Of a stretch of 54,064 nucleotides of DNA, positions 17,731 through 26,642 are shown piece by piece. The notes beneath the pieces are model-generated. The model did no database searches. It was not told the origin of the DNA and worked only from the letters and a program-made list of their open reading frames with translations. The DNA is taken from contig JAUIAG010000003.1 of assembly GCA_030425355.1 (NCBI GenBank), positions 1-54,064 of the forward strand, given 5' to 3'. A program made the translations under genes and the position numbers. The stretch is from Verrucomicrobiia bacterium (GTDB lineage: Bacteria > Verrucomicrobiota > Verrucomicrobiia > Limisphaerales > JAJOIW01). The first letter of the stretch is position 1, and every line of letters starts with the position of its first letter.

Positions 17731-20016
17731 CTAGTTGTTTGGATAGACACGGATGTTATCCATGTAGACAGAGTAACGGGCCTGAGGGGAAAATCCATAC
17801 ACACCCGGTGCGCCCTTGGCATGGGCATTCCGGTGCTCTACTTCGATGGTCCATGCCTCGGGCTCCCGCTCACCTTTAGGCCACGCCTTGGCACGGACAA
17901 CTCCGGAGCCGTCAGCATTCATGTCAACACGGCTCTTGAGTGTGTACCATTTCTTCTGATCCCAACGGAATGGCACCGATTGTTTGACACGGTCGTGATT
18001 CGAGGACACTTCAAGAATCTGAGCGTTGCCGACCAGGTAGATGAAATACCTCTGGTTGATTAAACCGACATTGGATTTCATGCGTCGGTTTCCGTCTGTC
18101 ATGACGTCAGCCTCAACTGTATATTCAGAATAGTCCGGACCGCCGATGAATGTAATGGCTCTCTGGAAAAGAACGTTGTCCAGAGTCTTTGCAAGAACCT
18201 TGTTGCCTTCCATCTCCCGAATGTCCCACTTGAAGCGGGCTCCGATCCATGGAAGTGGAGGATAGGAGAAGTCCACACCGTGGTGAACATGACCTTCAGG
18301 GTAGGCCTCGTTGATCTCAAATGACTCGAAGTCCTCATTGAAAGGAATGGACGGAAGGATACGGCCGCGGAAGATGCCGCTTTTGCCCTGGTAGGTGGCT
18401 TTGAATGCACCGGCCGAAGGAACCGGATCTTCGGAGGCGATGAGCAGCCCCTTGCCCATGATTTCTGCATTCATGCGTGCCTTGACCCGTGCAGTTGGCG
18501 GGACGAAAGCCTGAATGTCGACGCCTGTCGAATCGGGCATTTCCGCCAGGGTCATGCCGTTGGAATCAAGAACGCGGGTGCGGACCTGCACGTAATCTCC
18601 CGGCTCCAGGAGAATGTCGGCAGGAATTATCTGGAGGCTGTCCGCTTCCTCGGGAAGTGGTGCGCGTTCGGTCAGATTCGGTTTAACCAGCCCGTCATTG
18701 TCCCCGGGCTTTCCGAAACAGTAGAGTTTTTCAGTCGTGTGAACATATATCTTGCCATTGTAGACAAGCGGCGTGCCGATGCAGTTGCCTTCCAGTGTGA
18801 CTTTGTCCAGCTCACTGACCTCAGAGCCTTTGACTTCGAGGATATAAAACTCACCGGAGATAATCGGTATGTAGATCTTGCCGTCGCCATAGACGGGAGA
18901 GGCATGCAGCTGACTTGTGCCCAGCTTGTAACTGGAGAGGATTTCTCCACTGTTGGCATCCACACACACCAGCTCGCCGGTATGAGTAACCTGCCACACA
19001 TGGTCGCCGACAAGAATCGGTGAGCTGGTGAACATGCACAGATCATTGCGCCAAAGTTCATCATCGTAGGTAAGGACCAGTGGTCCGGATGCACCCTCGG
19101 CCGGCTCCCTGCCGGTGCGGAGCGCTACCATCCGTCCGGTCTTGCTGTCATCAATATTCTCCTTGCCACTGATGGCGATCACCTTGTCGTTGTCATGGAT
19201 AACCACGCTGGAGTTGATGCCACCGTAGGAAAGCTGGAAGCGCCAGATCGGGTCCCCCGTGCGAACATCGAGACAGATCACGTTGCCACACCCGGTTCCC
19301 GCATAAAGCACCCGGCGTCCGTTGGCCCAGCCAAGAACCGGCGAACTGAAAGAACTGTCCTTCGGACCGACCCCGGGCGTCGAGGACCAGACCACGTCGC
19401 CGGTTTTCTTGTCAAAAGCATAAAACCGATCGCGGGCAGGGCCGTCGGCTCCCCAGTAAGAGTTGATTATGTGGTGAATGACCAGATCCCCGGCAATGAT
19501 CGGAGCCCCGATCCGGCCGTTGGGAAAGGTCAGCCGCCCATACCTCTCAATCATGCTGTGGATCCACTGAATCTCCCCCTCGGGAGTCACACAGAAAAAT
19601 TCGCCGGCTGTCGTCATCAGATAGATGTTGCCGGTTTCATCATCCACGGTCGGACTGCCTATCGTGTAACGGTCGTAGACGGTGTCACTGAGAAAATCAT
19701 TGAATCCAAGCTGCCAGAAAATCTGTCCCGTCTCCGGATCATGACAGGTCAGATATTCCTGAAGATCCGGGCCGGTACCCTTGTATCCCCAGGAATACAT
19801 GCGGCCATCGGAAATCACCGGCGTCCCGCGTCCGCGGATGTCATAGGTCCAAATAGCCTCCCCGACCTTTGAAGGAAGCCCCTCCTCAAGTGTCGTGCCA
19901 TTCTGAAAAGGCCCGCGCCAGTGCAGCCACCCATCGGCCGCCTGCCCCGACAACGCCTGCATTCCCGCAAGCACCACCGCCGCCAGCAGCCCAGGCACCT
20001 GCCCTCTTGTCTTCAT
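17731..20016 (-). CDS. Exported PQQ-binding-like beta-propeller protein with C-terminal Ig-like and lectin-like regions
   Basis: Start reassigned to MKTRGQ at 20016 (or 20028) because the track extension overlaps the transposase. Signal peptide, WLHWRGP, propeller blades, C-terminal beta-sandwich-like region (YTVEADV...WYTLK...VRAKAWP...EPEAW). Confidence 0.82.
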   Translation of the reverse strand: MKTRGQVPGLLAAVVLAGMQALSGQAADGWLHWRGPFQNGTTLEEGLPSKVGEAIWTYDIRGRGTPVISDGRMYSWGYKGTGPDLQEYLTCHDPETGQIFWQLGFNDFLSDTVYDRYTIGSPTVDDETGNIYLMTTAGEFFCVTPEGEIQWIHSMIERYGRLTFPNGRIGAPIIAGDLVIHHIINSYWGADGPARDRFYAFDKKTGDVVWSSTPGVGPKDSSFSSPVLGWANGRRVLYAGTGCGNVICLDVRTGDPIWRFQLSYGGINSSVVIHDNDKVIAISGKENIDDSKTGRMVALRTGREPAEGASGPLVLTYDDELWRNDLCMFTSSPILVGDHVWQVTHTGELVCVDANSGEILSSYKLGTSQLHASPVYGDGKIYIPIISGEFYILEVKGSEVSELDKVTLEGNCIGTPLVYNGKIYVHTTEKLYCFGKPGDNDGLVKPNLTERAPLPEEADSLQIIPADILLEPGDYVQVRTRVLDSNGMTLAEMPDSTGVDIQAFVPPTARVKARMNAEIMGKGLLIASEDPVPSAGAFKATYQGKSGIFRGRILPSIPFNEDFESFEINEAYPEGHVHHGVDFSYPPLPWIGARFKWDIREMEGNKVLAKTLDNVLFQRAITFIGGPDYSEYTVEADVMTDGNRRMKSNVGLINQRYFIYLVGNAQILEVSSNHDRVKQSVPFRWDQKKWYTLKSRVDMNADGSGVVRAKAWPKGEREPEAWTIEVEHRNAHAKGAPGVYGFSPQARYSVYMDNIRVYPNN

Positions 20017-20064
20017 TCTGTTTTCCATAACGTCAGAATCCATCATCCAGCCTCCCGCCCAATC

Positions 20065-20094
20065 TTGCAACGAAATAATACGAATACGTATAAC
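20065..20094 (+). promoter_or_regulatory. Sigma70-like promoter upstream of the transposase
   Basis: TTGCAA-N18-TATAAC in an AT-rich divergent intergenic region; overlaps an ATACGTAT palindrome. Confidence 0.4.
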
Positions 20095-20127
20095 ATACAT
20101 AGTCGCAGGTAATTTATATTTGACTGG

Positions 20128-21240
20128 ATGGGTGGTTTCGGGCATGGTCGGGGCATGATGATTCGACGCAGCCAGCTGGTGGACCGGAGCCGGGTTCAGT
20201 ATTTTCATGTGGTGAGCCGGATTGTGGACCGCCGGCTTCGTCTTGGTGATGCCGAGAAGAATTTTTTTGTGAGTCTGATCAAGCGGCAGGAGGGGTTTTC
20301 GGGTGTTGAAGTGATGGGGTATTGTGTGATGGGGAATCACTTTCACCTGCTATTGCGTGTTCCACTGAGGCCGGTGGTCATTGCGGAGGCGGAGATCTGG
20401 CGGCGGGTGCGTCATATTTATTCCCGCACGAGGGTTGAGGAATTTGAGGCCATGGTGAGGGAATGGCGGGAATCCGGCGACGATCTGAGAGTGCGGGAGT
20501 TTTTCGACCGACTGCGTGCGAGAATGTATGATCTTTCCTCATTTGTCAGGGAGGTCAAACTTCGGTTTTCGAAGTGGTATAACCGTGAGAATGACCGGAC
20601 AGGAACACTATGGGAGGAGAGATTCCGCAGCGTGGTGATAGAGGGCCGGGAGGGTGCCCTAATGACCGTTCTGGCCTATCTGGATCTGAATCCGGTGAGG
20701 GCCGGGATTGTGGTGGAACCCGGTGGCTACCGGTGGAGTCAATATGGGGAAGCGATGGCCGGGGGGCGCCGGGCGCGGAGGAGGATGGCAGAAATTGTTT
20801 CCGGACGCGGTCCGATGATCAGCTGGGAGCAGGCACGTGCTCATTACCGCGAGCTTTTGATGGAAAGAGGTGGGAATCCCGAGGAATCCCCGGCAGTCAG
20901 AGATGGGGACAAGTTCCAGGAAAACCAACGCGATAACGCGGCATCCGGGAAACTGATGGAGAAATTAAGTCGCGGTGTTCGTCTGAGCCGGCCTGAAATC
21001 CTGCGGTTGAAAGTTAGATATTTCAGCCACGCTGTGGCGATAGGCAGCGGTGAATTCATCCGTGAGGTAAGCATTCGGATTCGAGGAAGCACCGGGATGG
21101 AAAGTGAGCAGGAAAAGGCGGGAAAGCAAAGGCGTCTGGCTGGACATGCATTTCGACATGGCGAGTGGGGAGGACTGAGGAGCCTGAGGAACCTGCGGGT
21201 CAGAGTTTTTGGCGCTCCGGAAGCAAATCAAGGTGGTTGA
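20128..21240 (+). mobile_element. REP-associated tyrosine transposase (RAYT, Y1 HUH family)
   Basis: FHVVSR, YCVMGNHFHLLL (HUH), GTLWEERFRS, YLDLNPVRAG and YRWS. No terminal inverted repeats seen. Start may be 20155 or 20158. Confidence 0.85.
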
Positions 21241-21457
21241 ATCATTCGGGCTGGCAATATTTCCGGTCAGGGCACAGCAATAGGGGTCCCGGATGCGGGT
21301 GAGGACGTCGCGATTCCCTGGATCCACGATTTGCGTGTGCGTCCAGCTTCATACAGCCCCCGCCTTTCACCAGCGCCCCTGCCCTGCGCTCTTGGATTCC
21401 GTTTCCTTGCGGCTCACCGGAAACCTTCATCCCATTCGGAAGTCATGCCGGGCTTAC

Positions 21458-21488
21458 AAAAAAAGGACCGGAGGAAATCCTCCGGCCT
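21458..21488 (-). terminator. Rho-independent terminator
   Basis: Minus strand AGGCCGGAGGA-TT-TCCTCCGGTCCT followed by a T run. Confidence 0.75.
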
Positions 21489-21554
21489 GACGAAAAATCG
21501 AATAAATTCCAATACCAATAAGGGGTATAGGGTCAAGAGACCGCTTTCACCACC

Positions 21555-22094
21555 TTACTCGGATTTGGGTTCAGCCTTGGCGATGTGAACGCTGGCTTTG
21601 TATCCGAGGGACTTGATGGTTTCGACCAGCTTCTTCTCGGTGGTCTGTGCAGGGTCGAAAGTGATTTTGGCCTGGCCGCCGACATGGCAGACTTCGTTTG
21701 TTTTGACCCCTTTGAGGGAGGTGAGGGCCTTGTTGACCTTGGATGAGCAGGAGGTGCATGCCATTCCTTTGACATCGATGGTGGTCATCTGGGATTCGAC
21801 CTTGAGACCTGCCTGTTTGAGAGCAGCGTAGAGCTTGGAGCCCTCAAGAAGCTGGGGGTTGTATTGAATAGTGGTTGTCTTGGAAACTGAGCAGGTCTTG
21901 GGAGTGGAGATTCCCTCGATTGAGGTCAGCTTCTTGTCGACCTCCGCGCATGAGGATTCGCAGCAGGCATCGGCGAACTTGAGAGTGGCAAGTGCCAGCT
22001 TTGGACCCTGTTCGGATTCGGCGGCGTAGTTGGTGAAAGCCGTGGTGAAAACGGCGAGAGCGAGAGCGAGAGCGACGAAGATTCTGCGCATCAT
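21555..22094 (-). CDS. Exported tandem heavy-metal-associated (HMA; MerP/CopZ-like) protein
   Basis: Start reassigned to MMRRIFVALAL; signal peptide; domain 1 ACCESSC, domain 2 GMACTSC. Confidence 0.78.
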   Translation of the reverse strand: MMRRIFVALALALAVFTTAFTNYAAESEQGPKLALATLKFADACCESSCAEVDKKLTSIEGISTPKTCSVSKTTTIQYNPQLLEGSKLYAALKQAGLKVESQMTTIDVKGMACTSCSSKVNKALTSLKGVKTNEVCHVGGQAKITFDPAQTTEKKLVETIKSLGYKASVHIAKAEPKSE

Positions 22095-22221
22095 GTCTAT
22101 TCCTTTGCTTATCATATCAATCCTTGATTGAGATTCCCGGTGATCCCAGATCTCCCCGCGGAGTCTGAAATCAGCGATGGGGAATTTCCTATAAGATGTG
22201 CCTGTCGAGAAAAAATTCCAG

Positions 22222-23310
22222 TCAAAATTCACTTTTGAGAACATTTTTCAGCAGCGGCGATGGAACGCGGCAGCCAAAACCGACCTTTCCAATGGACTGG
22301 GCCAGAACAAAGCGGACCTCTCCGGCCTCGACTTTTTTATCCAGAGCCATGGCTGCCAGAAGCTTTTCCAGCTGATCGTCCGACCAATTGAACGAAGTGG
22401 GCAACCCGGTCCTTTTCAGAAGAGCGACCAGTCTCTCCTGATCGGCATCGGAAAATCCGAGAAGCTCTTTGGAGAGGACGCCGGCGAGGACCATGCCAAT
22501 TGAAATTGCCTCTCCATGGAGGAACTGGTTGTAATTGGAAATCGCTTCGATGGCATGACCGATGGTGTGCCCGAAGTTCAAGATTGCCCGAAGACCGCCC
22601 TCCTTTTCATCCTGGCGGACGACCTCGGCCTTGATGGCGCAGCATCGGGCGACAATTCCGGAAGTGAGCTCCGCATCAAGCGCCAGCAGCCGGTCGATGG
22701 AATTTTCGAGGGTTTGAAAAAGCTCCGGATCGTGAATGACGCCGTATTTTATAACTTCGGCAATGCCGGCCCGCAGTTCACGGGGATCCAGCGTTGCGAG
22801 GGTATCGAGGTCGCAGATCACTGTCAGAGGCTGATAGAAAGCCCCTACCAGGTTCTTACCCTGCGGAAGATTGACCCCGACTTTGCCGCCGACTGATGAG
22901 TCGACCTGCGCCAGCATGGTCGTGGGAATCTGGATGAACGGGACACCCCGGAGGTATGTGGCGGCCACAAAACCGCCAAGGTCCCCGATGACTCCTCCGC
23001 CGAGGGCAATGACGGGTGATTTTCTTTCGAGCCGGTGATTCGCCAGCACTTCGTAGCATTTTTCAGCCATGGCGATCCTCTTGGTGCTTTCACCATGGGG
23101 AAGCGTCACCGGGACGGGGTCCATGCCGTGTGACTTCAGGGACTGGATAACCCTGTCGAGGTAGAGAGGCCCGACATGATCGTCGGTAATCACCGCGCAC
23201 GGACCGGAAAGCCCTAGTTGGGACACAGTCGGGCCGGACTGTTCCAGCAGCCCCTTGCCAATTTGTATGGAATAGGATCTGTCCCCGAGAGGGACATTGA
23301 CAGTATTCAT
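22222..23310 (-). CDS. aroB: 3-dehydroquinate synthase
   Basis: ALGGGVIGDLGGF, PTTMLAQVDSSVGGK, KNLVGAF, AEVIKYG, LNFGHTIGHAIE, HGEAI. Confidence 0.97.
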   Translation of the reverse strand: MNTVNVPLGDRSYSIQIGKGLLEQSGPTVSQLGLSGPCAVITDDHVGPLYLDRVIQSLKSHGMDPVPVTLPHGESTKRIAMAEKCYEVLANHRLERKSPVIALGGGVIGDLGGFVAATYLRGVPFIQIPTTMLAQVDSSVGGKVGVNLPQGKNLVGAFYQPLTVICDLDTLATLDPRELRAGIAEVIKYGVIHDPELFQTLENSIDRLLALDAELTSGIVARCCAIKAEVVRQDEKEGGLRAILNFGHTIGHAIEAISNYNQFLHGEAISIGMVLAGVLSKELLGFSDADQERLVALLKRTGLPTSFNWSDDQLEKLLAAMALDKKVEAGEVRFVLAQSIGKVGFGCRVPSPLLKNVLKSEF

Positions 23311-23370
23311 CGAGCCCGAACCTTACGGCAAGAATCCACCACGGATAAAGCCAGATGTTGACCGGCCGCA

Positions 23371-23943
23371 TCAGTGCAGCATGGGCAGTGGATTGGGAGC
23401 GGCAATGAGATCCGCCTCAAGATCGAGGAAGTAGTCCAGTCTCTCCCGGGCTTCTGTTTCGTTGATCTCGCGGGCCATGAGGATGTATGCGGCGTAGTGA
23501 TTGCCCTCGGACTCGACGAGACTGCCGTAAAAGCGCGCCAGTTCGGGTTCCGTGTCGGCAATTCCCTCGGCGAGGATCTGGAATTTTTCACAGCTGCGGC
23601 CTTCGATCAGGGCGGCGACAATGAGGTGATCAATGACCTGACCCTGAACGCCCCTGCGGGTTGCCTTCATCAGGCCGTTGATCCACGGACTGGGTGAAGT
23701 GGACTGAAATGGAACCCCCCTGTCCTTCAAAATATCCAGAACAATCTGGAAGTGCTGCAGTTCCTCGATGGCGATGTCATTCAGCTCGGAGACCCTTGGC
23801 CACAACTGCCGGTATTTACCCAGCATGATGGCGGAGGAGGCGGCCTTGCGTTCAAGATGAGCATGGTCAACCAGGACCATATCCAGATTTCCACGAATAT
23901 GATCAATCCACCCCGCGGGGACTTTGTGCCGGAACATCAGCAT
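23371..23943 (-). CDS. miaE: tRNA-(ms2io6A) hydroxylase, ferritin-like diiron enzyme
   Basis: DHAHLERKAA, EELQHF, IEGRSCEKF, FYGSLVESEGNHY. Confidence 0.9.
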   Translation of the reverse strand: MLMFRHKVPAGWIDHIRGNLDMVLVDHAHLERKAASSAIMLGKYRQLWPRVSELNDIAIEELQHFQIVLDILKDRGVPFQSTSPSPWINGLMKATRRGVQGQVIDHLIVAALIEGRSCEKFQILAEGIADTEPELARFYGSLVESEGNHYAAYILMAREINETEARERLDYFLDLEADLIAAPNPLPMLH

Positions 23944-24392
23944 GGACGAATTTATAAATCAATCGCGACGAATGATGCGAGGCCTTCTTTGCCACGGCTG
24001 CCCGCATTTTCCGGCCTGACCATTGTGAGAGGCCATGGTTGCGGGGGCCCTGGATCGGTCCCTGCCCTACTCACTGCCTTTCAACAGCCGGTTGATTCCG
24101 GACCGTGGAAGAGTAGGTCCCATGTAAATAATGTAAAGATGATCACGGCGCACTGATTCGTGCAGCGGTGACATATCAGAATACATATGGACAACTGTCC
24201 GTATCCGGATTTGAACAGCGGGCATGAATGTAAAGTGTCCGGTAAATGGACAACACAATCACTGCGGAAAGAACCAGCGGATGAAAAATGCAGGGGTAAA
24301 GGCACTCACTGTGACTGTCGCTGAAGAGGCATTACAAAGAGGCTTTCCTTTTTATAGTGTTCAAGGACGAAACGGATTGATAAAAGACTGAT

Positions 24393-25406
24393 ATGTATCT
24401 GGTGGCTTTTTTCGCGGGAGTCGGAATCTACGCTGTTTTTCGTGCGTTGATTAGTGGATTTTACACGGTGAAACCGGATCAGCGGGCGGTGATCACCTCA
24501 TTTGGCAAGGCGGTCAGAGCACCGGCCGAGGCCGTTCCCGAGGAAGCGGTCACCGACGAGGAGGTCGAGCGGTATCAGTATCCGAACGTGCTGGTGATTG
24601 GTCCTGGCGGACCGTATTTCAAATGGCCGTGGCAGAAAGTACACAAGGTTTCCATAGCAACCCAGGCAGTGGATCTGACATGGGATCCGAGCAAAAGTCA
24701 GAGCACCATTGAATGTGTGACCAAGGACAATCTGACAACCGGCGTCAATGGGCAGATCCGATATCGGGTCAACGAAAACCATCTGTATGCCTACCTTTTC
24801 GGCGTGGTCAGTCCGCTGGAGCATGTGATGGGATATTTCATTTCCGTTCTGCGTGAGAGGATAGCCACTTTCACGGATCCAAGGGGTCAGAGCCTGATTT
24901 CAGGTGATGAGCTGCAACAGGAAAGCCCGGCAGTCGAGGAACTGTCCGAAGGAGTTTCCATCAATGACCTCCGCAAAAACCTTCCGCTTCTGAATGACTA
25001 CATGGAGCAGCAATGCCGCTCAACGGCATGGCGCTATGGTATTGAACTCGATGCCGCTTTGATCACAGAAATCGATCCGCCCAGCGAAGTGGACCGTGCA
25101 CTTTCAGCCATCAACAGCACAAGGAACCAGGTTGCCGCTGACATCAGCACGGCGAGGGCGGATGCGGAGCAGCAAATAACCATGTCCAACCGTGCCGTTG
25201 AAATTGCTTCAAACAAGGCTCAGGCCGAGGTTGCTCCTTTGAAAGTGCTTGCGGAGACCCTGACCAAGATCAAAGGCGAAGGCGGGAGTTCCGCTCTGAA
25301 GACTTATCTCCGCAACATGCGTGTTCCGCTGCTGTCGAAGGCCAGCCGGGTGATTATTGCACCGGATCAGGCGGTAATCCGATCACAGGCGACACGGAAT
25401 TCATAA
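24393..25406 (+). CDS. SPFH/Band 7 domain membrane protein
   Basis: N-terminal TM, GFYTVKPDQRAVITSFGK, GPYFKWPW, TKDN, YGIEL...IDPP, Ala-rich coiled coil. Confidence 0.85.
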   Translation: MYLVAFFAGVGIYAVFRALISGFYTVKPDQRAVITSFGKAVRAPAEAVPEEAVTDEEVERYQYPNVLVIGPGGPYFKWPWQKVHKVSIATQAVDLTWDPSKSQSTIECVTKDNLTTGVNGQIRYRVNENHLYAYLFGVVSPLEHVMGYFISVLRERIATFTDPRGQSLISGDELQQESPAVEELSEGVSINDLRKNLPLLNDYMEQQCRSTAWRYGIELDAALITEIDPPSEVDRALSAINSTRNQVAADISTARADAEQQITMSNRAVEIASNKAQAEVAPLKVLAETLTKIKGEGGSSALKTYLRNMRVPLLSKASRVIIAPDQAVIRSQATRNS

Positions 25407-25447
25407 CGCCCATCTGACGAAACTTTAAAAACAGAGAGGAAATCAAT

Positions 25448-26335
25448 ATGGACCCAAGTTTAATCATCCCCTCAATAATTGCCTTTATCGTCGGACTCGT
25501 GGTGATTCCGATACTGCTCAAGCTATGCAAAGCATTTGGACTTTATACCATCGTTCGGGAAAGGGAGGCACAGGTATTCACCCTTTTTGGAAAGGTGATC
25601 GGAACAATCGACGAAGCGGGCATTCATTATCCACTGAGCAGATTCGGTCCGAAGGCGATTCTGATACCGTTCTTTGGCAAGAAGCAGAGTGTCAGCACTG
25701 CGTTATTTCAGCATTATCTGCGCAGTCTGATGGTGAATTCGGAGGAAGGCACGCCAATGGGTGTGGGGATCTGGTATGAAATGCGGGTGATGAATCCGGT
25801 GGATTATCTGTATGTCAACGCCAATCCGGAGGGGTCACTGGAAGCCAATGTCGCCAGTTCGACTATTTCAACCCTGAGCAACCTCGAGATGGAGAAGATG
25901 CTGGAGGACCGCCACGCACTGAGCCGCAGTGTCCGGAAAACTGTGTCACCGCTTTCCGAGAAATGGGGCTACTGTCTTGGTTCGGTTTATATACGCAAAG
26001 TGGCTTTCACGGACCAGCAGATGGTCCACAACATCACCGAGAAGGTGGTCAAGCGGCTTGTTCAGGTGACAAGTGCCATGAAACAGGACGGGGAAAACCG
26101 CGTCGGACTGATACAGTCACAGACAGCCTTCAAGGTCTCCACCAAGATGGCCGAGGCGGCTTCAAAACGACCGGAAGTCGTGGGGCAGGTTCTCAACGCG
26201 ATTGGAAAAGATGATGCTGAAATCCTCGATGCTGTACTGGAGGTCATGGAAACCGACAAACTGCTTGAGAGCAACGCCAAGGTGGACGTCCTTCCCGGAA
26301 ACGCGTCGTATCTGCTTCAGCTCGGGGATGCGTAG
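25448..26335 (+). CDS. SPFH/Band 7 domain membrane protein (second, divergent paralog)
   Basis: N-terminal TM, YTIVREREAQVFTLFGK..G...EAG, WGY.LGSVYIRKV. Confidence 0.8.
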   Translation: MDPSLIIPSIIAFIVGLVVIPILLKLCKAFGLYTIVREREAQVFTLFGKVIGTIDEAGIHYPLSRFGPKAILIPFFGKKQSVSTALFQHYLRSLMVNSEEGTPMGVGIWYEMRVMNPVDYLYVNANPEGSLEANVASSTISTLSNLEMEKMLEDRHALSRSVRKTVSPLSEKWGYCLGSVYIRKVAFTDQQMVHNITEKVVKRLVQVTSAMKQDGENRVGLIQSQTAFKVSTKMAEAASKRPEVVGQVLNAIGKDDAEILDAVLEVMETDKLLESNAKVDVLPGNASYLLQLGDA

Positions 26336-26381
26336 TCGGTTATCTCCCCATCTGAAAAGAGTTTTTGGTTTCATTCATTGT

Positions 26382-26411
26382 GGCTGACGTCTTATGGCGT
26401 CGGCCTTTTTT
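26382..26411 (+). terminator. Rho-independent terminator of the SPFH operon
   Basis: GGCTGACGTC-TTAT-GGCGTCGGCC-TTTTTT. Confidence 0.75.
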
Positions 26412-26642
26412 ATATTTCATTTCTGTGGAGTGTAAACGCGGGATCTGCCATCGGGCTGAACGACTTTTTCTGGATACTGGATCGAAGGCTGAAGCCGGAA
26501 GTTCATGGCAACCAGCCGCCGGATACTGCGGGAACCGTCAGCTGTATCGGAGAGGATGCGAATGACATCTGTGCCGACTTTATAAATCCGGCGGCTGAGA
26601 ATTTGGATGACCCGGCGGCATCACGTATGGTAGGAACCCTGA

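Noticed and set aside
16098-20016. PQQ-dependent dehydrogenases or BamB
   Set aside because: Only generic propeller blades are recognisable; no quinoprotein catalytic motifs identified and no lipobox or bam context.
20017-20346. 110-aa N-terminal extension of the 871-aa ORF
   Set aside because: Overlaps the RAYT on the opposite strand and the AT-rich promoter region; a signal peptide starts at 20016.
20128-21240. IS200/IS605 element with TnpB
   Set aside because: No tnpB and no clear subterminal hairpins; length and the NPVRAG/YRWS motifs fit RAYT.
22095-22244. N-terminal extension of the HMA gene
   Set aside because: Overlaps the aroB end and precedes an obvious signal peptide starting at 22094.
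23944-24392. Riboswitch or ncRNA in the long intergenic region
   Set aside because: No recognisable aptamer consensus; a covariance-model search would be needed.
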